Shown one piece after another: positions 24,956 to 36,535 of a DNA stretch of 64,000 nucleotides. The DNA is from the human T2T-CHM13v2.0 reference genome, Homo sapiens. Location of the stretch: assembly GCF_009914755.1 (NCBI RefSeq), contig NC_060925.1. One strand, given 5' to 3'. Each line of letters starts with the position of its first letter. Position 1 is the stretch's first letter. Under the pieces are notes generated by a model. It saw only the letters and a list, made by a program, of their open reading frames with translations, had not been told where the DNA came from and made no database searches. The translations under genes and the position numbers were made by a program.

Positions 24956-25317
24956 TGTTATGGGTTGAATTTTCTCCTGCCCAAATTCTTATGTTGAAGT
25001 CCTTACCCCTGATGGGACTAGATTTGTAGACAGGGCCTTTAAGGAGGTGATTAGCGTAGTGAGGTCACCAGGTGGGCCCTGATGCAATCTGGCATCCTCC
25101 TAAGAGGACATGAGGACACAGACACATACAGAGGGACGATCGTGTGAGGACACAGAGGATGGCATCTGCACGCCAAGGAGAGAGGCCTCAGGAGGAACCA
25201 GCCCTGCCCACACCTTGATCTGGGACTTCCAGCCTCCAGGGTTGTGAGAGAGAAATGTCTGTTGTTTAAGCCATGCAGTCTATGGTGCTTTGTTATGGCA
25301 GCTCCAGCAAGCTAACC
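24956..25317 (+). mobile_element. MLT1B/C-like MaLR solo LTR
   Basis: TGTTATGGGTTGAAT...GAGAGGCCTCAGGAGGAACCAGCCCTGCCCACACCTTGATC...TTTGTTATGGCAGC. Confidence 0.85.
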
Positions 25318-26929
25318 TGGGATCTAAAATGATACTTAAACTGGTTCAGTCTGATTCTTAAACTGGTTCAGTGGAGCTAGGCCAGGCTCCCTCTGAGCAG
25401 ATGTTGGTCCCTTTGCAGGCCTGCTGTGTGTGATGATTGCTAACCAGGTTATGACAGTGATCTTTAAGTAAGTGGGAATCTTGTGAGTTTTGAGGTTTTG
25501 TTTTTTTTTTTAATGAAATCTACATGGGATGTTTCAAAAATAGCAGCCTCTGTATACATTTGTCAAGCAGGAAGCTGGGTCTGCGGGGAGTAGGGTGGGG
25601 CTGGTTCTCCCACACTCTTGCCACTTTCAGGCCCTTGCCTTGCATGGGCTGCGGTGGTTCTGCCAGTGTGGATTCGAACCGATAGGTTTCGCTGTACCTT
25701 GATCAGCATCCTGCTGCCGAGAAAGCCAAAAAGGGCTGGAGCAACCCTCCCGTGTGCCATGTGAGCCTGTTTCCTTTCTACAGTCACCAGTTCACGCAGC
25801 AAGTGTCAGAGCATTCCTGTAAGGCCCGGCTCTCCACAGGGGCCAGGGGAGCTTTCTCTGGCAGGGTCTTCTTCACTGTGTGTAGGATACGGCAGCCTTT
25901 GAGGCTGGGGAACCGAAGTTTTCCTTTTATTCTATTTTAATTAATTTAAATTACAATAAGTATTATCACTAAGTTTATGCAAACACGTGAGGGAATGCTG
26001 ATTTAGAGCTGGTGGCGTAAGGTCACAGAGCTCCCACGAATCTCACATGGAAGCCTTGTTTCTCCAGGTTTTTTGTAGTTTGTACTGAATCACACACCAT
26101 GCTGCTTCCATGTTTTTTCAGGGATTTCCAACACAGATTTTCCTGAGTACCCTGGATTAATCTCCTTTTGGATAGGTCCATGGGGGCCCTGCTGCTTTTT
26201 CCCCTTAGCCCTGGGCGAGGTCATCATAGAGGGGGAGTGGCAATGGCTCACAAGGTACTAGTGGAACCCCAGTAAGTTATCTCAGAGCCCGCTTAGAACA
26301 CAAGTGCTACGTCCCCCAAAAGCTTTGCAATGAGTATCTGATGGGAACAAACTCAGTCAAGGACAGGCCCAGGTTGGGGCTTGCAGGCTGCAGATTCAGA
26401 ATTGTTTATGAGATGGGAGCCATACTTTCTAACAACAAGACCTGAATTTCTCAATTTAATCCAAGTCGTGACTTAAGTTAGCGCCCTTCCGTTCCTCTAT
26501 TACATTTCTGTTCGGCATGGATCAAATTGCCTACAAGGTGGAACAGATTTCAACTGCAATCTCTGAACCAGAAAATTCACTTATTCTCATGAAAGTTTGT
26601 AATCTTTGGAGAGTTGCTTAAACACTTAAAACCATCTTTCCTCTTTCTATACTCCAAACTTACCTGCTGCAATTTCTTGCTAAGAAGCAAAGTGCTATTT
26701 GCCTATTCCTATCTCTCTTTACCATCAGACACTCCTTAAGTTAAGAGCTAGATAATTCGCTCAGCCTCAGGCCAGGCCGAGCCTCACTCTAGAAGTCACA
26801 TTCCTGAGGTGTAGGGGGTCAAAATGCCTCTCATTGTTCAGAAGCAGGTGAGGGGCCAGCCAGGGCACATCCTGCTCTCCAGGCTTGGTTCAGATAACTG
26901 TCAGCCCAGTTTTCAAGAGCACACACCAA

Positions 26930-27595
26930 AAATGCACCAAAGCTTACATCCATACAAACACCCGCACATGGATGTTTATGGAAGCTTATTTGTTTTTATT
27001 CATAATCACCCAAACTCAGAATCAACCAAGATGTCCTTCAGTAGATGAATGGATAAACTGTGGTGTGTCCAGGCAGTGGAATATTATTCAACGCAAAAAG
27101 AAATGAGCTATCAAGGCATGAAAAAATATGGGGGAACTTTAAATGCATAAATGAGTGAAAGAAGCCAGTCTGAAAAGGCTACACCCCGTGTGCTTCCAAC
27201 TACAGGACATCCTGGAAAAAGCAGAATTACCAACACAGTGAAAGATAAGGCCTGGTGGTGTGGGGAAGGATGAACAGGTGGAGCACAGGGATCTTTAAGG
27301 CAGACAATCTACTCTGTGTGATACTGCAATGATGAGTTCATGCCACTATATATTTTCCCAAACCTATAGAATGTACAGCACCAGTGGTGAGCCCTGATGT
27401 GAGCTGTGGACTCTGGGTGACAATAGTGTGTCAATGGAGGTTCATGGACTGTAACAAATGCATCACTCTGGTGGGGGATGTTGATAATGGGGGAGGCTAT
27501 GCATGTGGGGAGGTGGGTACATGGGAAATCTCTGTACTTTCTGCTCAGCTTTGCTCTGAATCTAAAACTGCTCTAAAAATCGTTTATTTAAAAAT
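26930..27595 (+). mobile_element. L1MC-type 3' end
   Basis: AACCAAGATGTCCTTCAGTAGATGAATGGATAAACTGTGG...GTAACAAATGCATCACTCTGGTGGGGGATGTTGATAATGGGGGAGGC. Confidence 0.8.
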
Positions 27596-28622
27596 ACACC
27601 AAAGCAATGAGGCCGGGCATGCATACAGCCAAAGCCAAATGATATTTGTGTGAGTCAGGTAAATTTGAGATCTGAAAAATGATCACTCCAGGGAGGCTGA
27701 GCTGTCATGGGGCACTTATTGAGAACCTACTTTATGCCCATCTGGTGCTTAGAATTACGAATTAGCTATTATTATTACTAAACAATTCAAAACAAAGTCA
27801 CTTATCTCAGGGCGCTTTCAATCTTGTTGCCATCGAAGCTAACAAAAGTGGAAACAGAACAAAGCTACATACGGCACATTTCCCAGAACATGCCAGGTGG
27901 AGCCTGGCCCTGTTGATTGTGTGTGGCTGTCACTTGCAGGAGGGTTCCATGGACAAGTGAGTTTGGGAAATGCTGGGTTGGGCAAATATCAACAGGCTTC
28001 CTTACTGCAAGATTTCTCATAGTCAAAACATACTTTAAATCTCCAAGAGGATGATACAGAGAGCCATGTTTCCCATAATTAGTTGGCCCCAGAAACAGTT
28101 TCTTCTGGGAACATTTTGTAAGATTAGTGCTCCTTGAAACACACTGAGGGAGAGGCTAAACTGAGTGGTAGAGATTCATAGACTATTTGGATTCTGGCCC
28201 CAGAGTATAAAAGGCCAGGGGGAAAGGACTGTGTTCCTGAGATGGTGAGGTGGAGAAGGGGACGTGTTTCTCCACCACCCACAGAGAGGGCTGAGAAGCC
28301 CTGGCACACGGGCTGAATCTGGGAGGTCAGAAGGTGAGGTGAGAGGACAGGAAGACAGCCCACGAGACTTCCAAAGGAAATGGTGAGTCTTACCATGGCT
28401 CTCTGGGCTGATGGCAGGGCCCGGCACAAGGTAGGAACTGAGTGTGAGTGCGGGATGCACCCAGGTCTGAAATGCTCAGGAAGGACCCTAGGACATGAGC
28501 AACCTGGGCTGGTCACTCATGGAACCTGAATGGCTGGAAAGAAGGAAGGGTGATCCTGCTAAGACAGGGTGTTGTGAAGATTTCCTTTCCCTCCGAACTA
28601 ACATCTCACTCACTTCTCTCAG

Positions 28623-28775
28623 TTTCCATCATTATCTTCTATGGAGTTCTTCATTCCCACATCTGTGGACCTTAAAATCCTACCGTTGAGTGCCTGCCTT
28701 GGATCAGCAGTCAGTTCGTTACCTTGGTTCTCAGACGATGCTTGCAACAACGCCATGCGATTCGCCCACTCTTGG
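28623..28775 (+). ncRNA. LINC01128: LINC01128 internal exon (153 nt)
   Basis: Acceptor CACTTCTCTCAG| and donor TGG|GTAGGT. Confidence 0.7.
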
Positions 28776-30525
28776 GTAGGTGGAGACATTGGGGCTCAGG
28801 TGTGGGTAAGTGATTGTGTGACTCCTTGTTAAGCGGCAGAACCGGGACTCAAATTCACACAGATCTGATTCCAAACCCTGTGGCCCTAAGCACAGTGTTA
28901 TTAGACGATAAGCCCTCTGCAGGGAGATTTCCAGTGCTGATGGCAGGGTCTGTCATGAAGGAGGACTCTGCTGAATTTTTCTTTGAACCCCAGGAAGTGC
29001 CTGGCACAGTTCTCTGAAGAAATTAGAATGCAGCCAGTGGTTACTAAAGAAATGAATAAGTCAAGTAAATGGACAGAGCTGTGTGCTAAGAGTTCTTTTG
29101 GGACACAGAAATGGGTCAGAATTGGAAATGTCCAGAAAATACTCTTGGATAATTATGAAAGCTACATATAGGAGCTCAGGTTTAACTCCATATGAAATGA
29201 AGAGTCACAAAAGAAAAGGAGGAGGAGCGTGTTCAGGCGGAACCTCAAGCTTGAGAGTGCTATGAAATATGTTTGAGACTCAGAAAACAGTTCCTGAAAG
29301 AAATGACACATTAATGAATGAAGGTATAGTTATTTGGAGAAAATGAACCTAGATATAAGAGTAACCATATCAAAATGTGTTTCTTTAACTGCGGTCTTCA
29401 GAACCTATGAGGTTCATTGGTATATTCTTGGGAACTATGTGTGTTTGAGAAACATATTTCTGGCGCCAAACTGACAGTCACCTCAAATCCATCACAGCAC
29501 TTATGATGAATTCTTTTCAAGTTAAATGCTGTAAAGAAAATACTTCTCTTTTTTACTGTTAATTCACAATTTAAAAGTGTTTTCTTACTGAACTACATGT
29601 TGGTCCCTCAGATAAGGATTTCTCGAGTCTCAGGTCTTTGGGGTCTTTGAGGAGTGTGACTTCTCAAATTGGATGACACTGATCTAACTGGCTGTAGTAT
29701 CCATTCAAGCATGAGGGAGGTCAGAGCCTGGGAAAGCTCAGGTCCAAACAGCTCTTGAAAGAGGACGTTGCAGGGCAGGCTGCTTTGCACAAAGGGACCT
29801 GTAGACACTGAGAACATCAGTATACCAGGAACCAGCCCACCCTTTCACTCTGCCAGACATGAGGCTGTGGGTTACCCATCTTTCCCTGTCTCCTGAACTC
29901 ATAGCAAAAACAAAAAACTTCACTTGTTTGTTAACACATATAGTTCAAGACGGAAGGGCCTACACTGAAGCAGAAAGGATTGAGGTTTATCAGCATCTTC
30001 GCTTTGAGGCCTCATAATGTACTTCCCATGGACTAAAGTTGTTCACTTTCTTTAGAGGATATTAGCTAAAGATGTGGTAAAACCACATTTTTGCAGAAAA
30101 GTGAATATTCAAAAACAAATGTATATGGTGATTATTTAATAGTTTTCACTCCACTTCGCAACTCAACTTTTGGTTGATGCAAGAGGGATGCGAAGGGAGA
30201 ATTGTGCTTCTAATTCCAGCATTGTGGTGGAATAAAAGAGCACAGCATTGCAGCTGTTGAATATAGGCAGTTTTTTCTTTTTATAGGCAGTTTTAAGAAG
30301 AATGCATTGATTCTACAACGTGCTATTGTGAAGCCATCCGGGACTGTTCACTCACTCATTTAAGAAAGGTGTATTTTCCACTTGAGGTGTGAGAGAAAGT
30401 GTGGTGTTCACTCATTGCTCTTCCTTCTGGCTTTTATTTTTCTCACTTTTAGAGAAAATAAGAGAAGTATCCCTGAAGGATGAAATATCCTCGAATATGA
30501 AAAGGTCTGCTCTCTGAAGACCAAC

Positions 30526-30880
30526 TGTCTCAGTCTGCTTTTTGCTGCTGTAACAGAATACCACAGACTTGGTAATTTATAAACAGTAGAAGTCCATGTG
30601 GCTTATGCTTCTGGAGGCTGGGAAGTCCCAGGTTAAGGGGCTGCATCCGGCAAGGGCTTCTCGCTGCCTTATCACATGGCAGAAGGCACCTTGTGGTGAG
30701 ACAGTGAGGAAGGGCTGATTTCACTCTCACAACAAACCCACTCCCATGATAATGGCATTAATCCATTCAGCAGGGCAGAGCCTTCGTGACCCCATCACCT
30801 CTTAAGGCTCCCGCTCAGCATGGTTGCACTGGGGTTAAATTTCTAACACCTGAACTTTGGGGACATGTTCAAACCATAGC
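30526..30880 (-). mobile_element. MST-type MaLR solo LTR
   Basis: TGCTGCTGTAACAGAATACCACAGACTTGGTAATTTATAAA...CTGGAGGCTGGGAAGTCC...TTCAAACCATAGC. Confidence 0.8.
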
Positions 30881-31599
30881 CAGGGCCCTGAGAAACCCAT
30901 TTCCACTGACTTCAAAATAGTTCATGAAAATGGAGTGCTGAGAGAGCAGCAGGGCATTCACAAGAATGGTTTTGAGAGGCCTCACTGTGCCAGGCATGGC
31001 CCTCAGGGCAGGCAGCTCTGCACAGCCCCCCATGGCAGCAGCTGGTCAGGCTGCCCAAACTCACCACTTTGGAATCACTTCAGCACCACCTGTCTTCACT
31101 TGAAATCAATTGTCTGCAGATTTTAAACTCGTTTCTATGTGCCCAGTAGGCAGAGAAGCCTTCAGAGAAGGATCCTGACTCGGTGGTTTGTGCAGTGACA
31201 TTTGGCAGTGTTTTCTCGGCAAGCGAGTCTTTGAGGCTGCCCTCATGCTGCTCAGTGGGCACACCAAGAACAAGAGCTGGCCAGGGATGACGGACGCATC
31301 TAGGCCTTCTCGGCCTAAGGGCAAGTCCCATTCTTCCTTGATAGGTCTTTAGATGTACCAGTCAGCAAATGTCATCCCCCTCTGCATTCACGTCAAGCTG
31401 TGCAGGGAATGCTAAACAGAGGCAGATCTAAACTTAGGAGTTAGGCTTCTTCTCCATGGAGATGTGGATCTGCACAGACAAAGTGTCCAAGTGGGATTTT
31501 CCTGCTATTTCAAGGACTGCTGCTGCACCCTGCTGGCTCTTCCTGCACTCCCTGCCTCCAGGAATGACTGTGTCTCTTTGAGTTAGTGAAGTCATCAAC

Positions 31600-32176
31600 T
31601 TTTTTTTTTAAATCTCTTATTATTATTATTATACTTTAAGTTTTAGGGTACATGTGCACATTGTGCAGGTTAGTTACATATGTATACATGTGCCATGCTG
31701 GTGCGCTGCACCCACTAACTCGTCATGTAGCATTAGGTATATCTCCCAGTGCTATCCCTCCCCCCTCCCCCCACCCCACAACAGTCCCCAGAGTGTGATG
31801 TTCCCCTTCCTGTGTCCATGTGTTCTCATTGTTCAGTTCCCACCTATGAGTGAGAACATGCGGTGTTTGGTTTTTTGTTCTTGCAATAGTTTACTGAGAA
31901 TGATGATTTCCAATTTCATCCATGTCCCTACAAAGGACATGAACTCATCATTTTTTATGGCTGCATAGTATTCCATGGTGTATATGTGCCACATTTTCTT
32001 AATCCAGTCTATCGTTGTTGGACATTCGGGTTGGTTCCAAGTCTTTGCTATTGTGAATAATGCCGCAATAAACATACGTGTGCATGTGTCTTTATAGCAG
32101 CATGATTTATAGTCCTTTGGGTATATACCCAGTAATGGGATGGCTGGGTCAAATGGTATTTCTAGTTCTAGATCCC
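31600..32176 (-). mobile_element. 5'-truncated young L1 (L1PA2-like) with target-site duplication
   Basis: ORF2 C-terminus (DPAIPLLGIYP...HRMFSLIGGN) plus 3'UTR with GAG at the diagnostic site (not Ta ACA). TSD TCATCAAC(C)TTTTT at 31592 and 32177, the second followed by AAAAA (TTTT/AA endonuclease site). Confidence 0.93.
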
Positions 32177-32895
32177 TCATCAACCTTTTTAAAAAGCATT
32201 TAGGAGCTGCTGGTTGTAAATGATCACTGAGAAATAGTATTTCCCTCACTTGTAGCCATCTGCTTCTCTTTTTGGTTCTGGAACATTCTAGAACCTTGGA
32301 AGGTGGCTGGGGCTGAGTCTCAGCCAGCAGGGTTGCCCAGTGCCCCTTGTCACCCCCCGAGCAACACAAGCCAGGCTGCGGTTACTCTGGGTCTGTGCAT
32401 CTGGGATCATAGTTTTTAAATCTGCCCCAGGGTCCTCCAGTCCCAGCTGTGGAAAGTCACCCTCAGAGGGTGAGGCGGGCGGCGCGCCTCTGTGTGAGTG
32501 GCCCCATCCTTCACAGCGAGTTTGTGTCTACTGAATCGCAGACTCTGGGAGGCTGAAGGGTTACAGGAGGTCGTGTGTCTCACATCGCCACTTCACGGTT
32601 GAGGACCCCGTGACCCGCTTTGCTCAGTGGCTGCGCAAGATGAGTAATGACCTGAAACAGGGAAAATGTCTTGGATACATCTTGCGTAATGAGGAGAAAA
32701 ATGCAGCCAAGTTGCAGCCTGATGAAATACTCTGCCAGTATCCTGCCATAAAATGACAGGCGAATTTTCAGTAGCAGATTCTCTAATAGTTCTATGGTCT
32801 TCTAGGTGCTAAACTGTTTAAGTATCTACATTTTCTAAGCCCGCCTAATGCAAATATTCTCAAAAAACATAAACCCTTCATTCTTTCTCAAATAG

Positions 32896-33079
32896 GTTAC
32901 ATTAGTTATACACTCTGGAGGTGACTTGACCTGTCATTGTGAACAATTATTGCTCTTGGACGACCCAGGACATAGGCCAGCCAGTACGTACCCCAGTGTG
33001 TTGGAGAATCGCGCTCGGCTTCTTCCTCTGTGCTGAGTCATGAAAGTTGCCGGAGCAGGTGCAGTTACACAACCTCCAG
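32896..33079 (+). ncRNA. LINC01128: LINC01128 internal exon (184 nt)
   Basis: Acceptor TTCTTTCTCAAATAG| and donor CAG|GTAACA. Confidence 0.75.
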
Positions 33080-33639
33080 GTAACATCACATGATCGTTCA
33101 AAAAATAATCATCCAAGTCCAGGATGCAGCATCTGTCTCAGTTTTTGGCATAGGATGACAGTCTGAAATACACTTACTGAATTTGAATAAGAACTGGCTC
33201 AGGTCAGTGATTATCGCTAGTGCCTTATCAACGCCCTGTGGCTTTTCAGCATTAGTCCCCATATCCTCGTCCGGTGTGGCACTGAGAGCAGCTAACTGTT
33301 GCCCTCGTTGGTTCCCAGTTGGCTTCCGTGACTGGTCAGGGTCAGGTCCACTGCCAACAGGCTGGTGTTGAATCCCTTGGAGAAACACAGACATTCTGAC
33401 CCTAAATTATGCTTTCAATGCCATGTGTTTTCCTATCACAAAAATCCTCGTTCTCAAGTTTCTTCTTTCTTTATTTTTATTTCATTTCATTTTTTAGCAT
33501 TCCTCCACAATTCATTGCCCAAATCTACTTTTTACTCAATTTACTTGCTTTGGTCATTTTTCAATATAGCACTTTAATTTCTTAGACAAATATTTTCAAC
33601 ATTCTCCTGTTTTCTCAAGGATGTCTGTTTTCTCCCCAG

Positions 33640-33735
33640 GTATGATCCTGTTTAAGGACTGGATTTAGGATAACTACTTAGAGGTTAAAAGTCACAAGGG
33701 TGTATGGATGAGGCTGGAGTGATCTGGGACCAAAG
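33640..33735 (+). ncRNA. LINC01128: LINC01128 internal exon (96 nt)
   Basis: Acceptor TGTTTTCTCCCCAG| and donor AAG|GTATGG. Confidence 0.75.
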
Positions 33736-33808
33736 GTATGGGTGATAAAGCAGAGTATCTAAGCAGCTCCTGGGATTGGTGTCTTTAAAAAAGTAATAAT
33801 GCATTTGC

Positions 33809-34232
<424 letters not shown>

Positions 34233-34384
34233 TAGCTCACTATCTTTCAATCAGTAGAGATTCTTTAGTTATTTTTTAACTCCATGGATCCCAAGCTTTG
34301 ATTTTTGTTTTCCAAACAAATTGCATTTATAAATAATAATTTTTATTTATAATCAACAGACATCTAGGCTTGCTGTCAAGGCTT

Positions 34385-34874
34385 CTGATCAACATGAGAT
34401 GACCGCCGTGTGGTAAACTGATGAACCCCGACGCTGATCAACATGAGATGACCGCCGTGTGGTAAACTGATGAACCCTGACCCTGATCAACATGAGATGA
34501 CCGCCGTGTGGTAAACTGATGAACCCCGACCCTGATGAACGTGAGATGACCGCCGTGTGGTAAACTGATGAACCCCGACCCTGATGAACGTGAGATGACC
34601 GCCGTGTGGTAAACTGATGAACCCCGACCCTGATCAACGTGAGATGACCGCCGTGTGGTAAACTGATGAACCCCGACCCTGATCAACATGAGATGACCGC
34701 CGTGTGGTAAACTGATGAACCCCGACCCTGATGAACATGAGATGACCGCCGTGTGGTAAACTGATGAACCCCGACCCTGATCAACATGAGATGACCGCCG
34801 TGTGGTAAACTGATGAACCCCGACCCTGATCAACATGAGATGACCGCCGTGTGGTAAACTGATGAACCCTGACC
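34385..34874. repeat. 49-bp VNTR, 10 near-identical copies (CTGATCAACATGAGATGACCGCCGTGTGGTAAACTGATGAACCCCGACC)
   Basis: Units start at 34385, 34434 and onward; 490 bp in total. Confidence 0.97.
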
Positions 34875-36177
34875 CATTAGGCTTTGGCTACAGAATGTGG
34901 AAATAAGTTGTGTTACTACATGTGTGTAATCCTAGGGTGCAGGACACCGGCCGGGAGGTTCCATAGAGTGATGGGTTCTGCAGGTAACTCATCCTCTAGT
35001 CCTCTGTAAGCTCCTAGAAGGAAGAAATTATGTCCTTTAGACTAATAAAATTCCTCCAAACCAAATACAGCACCTACTGTGAAGACACAAAGATACTTTT
35101 AGATAGTAAAAACTTTATCCATTGAGAAATTCCTTAATGAAACAGTATCCAAGAAGTCATTTGCCAGCAGATTTCTTAGAGGTGCGATAAAGAAGAGGAC
35201 ATTGCCAGTCGTCACAGCAGCTGCAATAGCTCCTCTCTATTGTTAAACAGTGGGATATCTTGTGCAGGTTTTCAGTTGACAATCAATTTTAAAGATTAGT
35301 TTCGGTCCCCATCAATCAATTATTTATTAACCCATCAATAAAAATTTAAATGCTCTGTGAGGTACAATAGCTATTAAAAGAGACAGAGGCACTTTCTGTG
35401 TCCAGAGGGGCTTTTAGTCTGCTCTGGAAAGCAAGATGCGTGCAGATGAGTGACGCAGTGCATCGTGTGGATGCAAAGGGAGGGACTCACATGGGAACCA
35501 GAGGAGCTACGAAGGGAGGCAGTGGGGACTGGTGGGTCGAGACCTGGAAATAACACATGAATAGGCAACAAAGGTTTCCTTTCCTCTTCCATGCACTTCA
35601 GTCCTTGAAAAACGTCTTACCACGGAATTCCACAGCGTACCAAGCGATTCCACAGCTTGATGGCACACTCTCCTTTCTCAGCATTCTTGAAAATGGCGTG
35701 TGAGCCAAGCCATCTTACTGAGAAATTACCTTAAACCATTTGATGAACCAAAAATATTTTGTAATACCCATCTCCGACATTAGGTAGGCAAATCACACAG
35801 AAACACCGAGGTCTTCTGAGTCATATTTATCTGAAAAATCACAGCTTGGGTGCATGTGAAGCCAGAGGAGCACTCCTGGGGCCTGCGGTGCCATCACTCA
35901 GCTCCCCTGGGCTTCACATGGCCATGGAGCACCCAGCAAGTGTAGGCTCTGAGCCTTCAGGGAGGGGCGGCATCAGCCAGCACCATCGTCTCCTGGGTCT
36001 TGTGCCTCTTCCTTGGTTGCGGTGTTGTCAGGGCCAGAATTGGGCAATTCCGGGTGACATCCAGGTGTGGCTGCTGACACGGAGCACAGGTGAGGTTCAC
36101 TGAGGTAAGTGGGCCATGGCCTTGGGCTTCTAGTTCAGAGCACACCATCCACTCAGCATGTGAACCCAGCTCCAAAG

Positions 36178-36535
36178 CGTATGTGTGCATGTGTGTACCT
36201 GTGCACATTGCGCATGTCTCTGTGTATGCATGTGCTTTGATGCATGTTGATGTACGGGTGTATCTGTGTATTGTGTATGCACACATACGAGCATATGTGT
36301 ACATGAATTTGTATTGCACATGTGTTTAATGCGAACACGTGTCATGTGTATGTGTTCACATGCATGTGTGTCTGTGTACTGTGTGCAACAGTGTGTGCAA
36401 GTGTGTATATGTGGGTTTATGTTTGTACAGTGTGTGTAGTGTGTGTACACATATACACCTGTGTGCATGTGTACATGGTATTTAAGCATGTTTGCACGTG
36501 TGTTTGTGCTTGCATGTGCTGCGTGTTTGTGTTGG
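36178..36535. repeat. Degenerate (TG/CA/TA) alternating purine-pyrimidine tract
   Basis: Directly visible. Confidence 0.85.

Noticed and set aside
25640-25760. tRNA gene around the minus-strand GGTTCGAATCC
   Set aside because: Only 2 bp of T-stem and no acceptor or anticodon arms.
31833-32369. 178-aa ORF as a host gene
   Set aside because: It is the L1 ORF2 C-terminus extended into flank from a TTG start.
34385-34874. Tandem hammerhead ribozyme (CUGAUGA in each unit, as in satellite-borne hammerheads)
   Set aside because: The required GAAA core segment and stem II are missing (the unit has GTAAA), and the minus strand lacks CUGAUGA.
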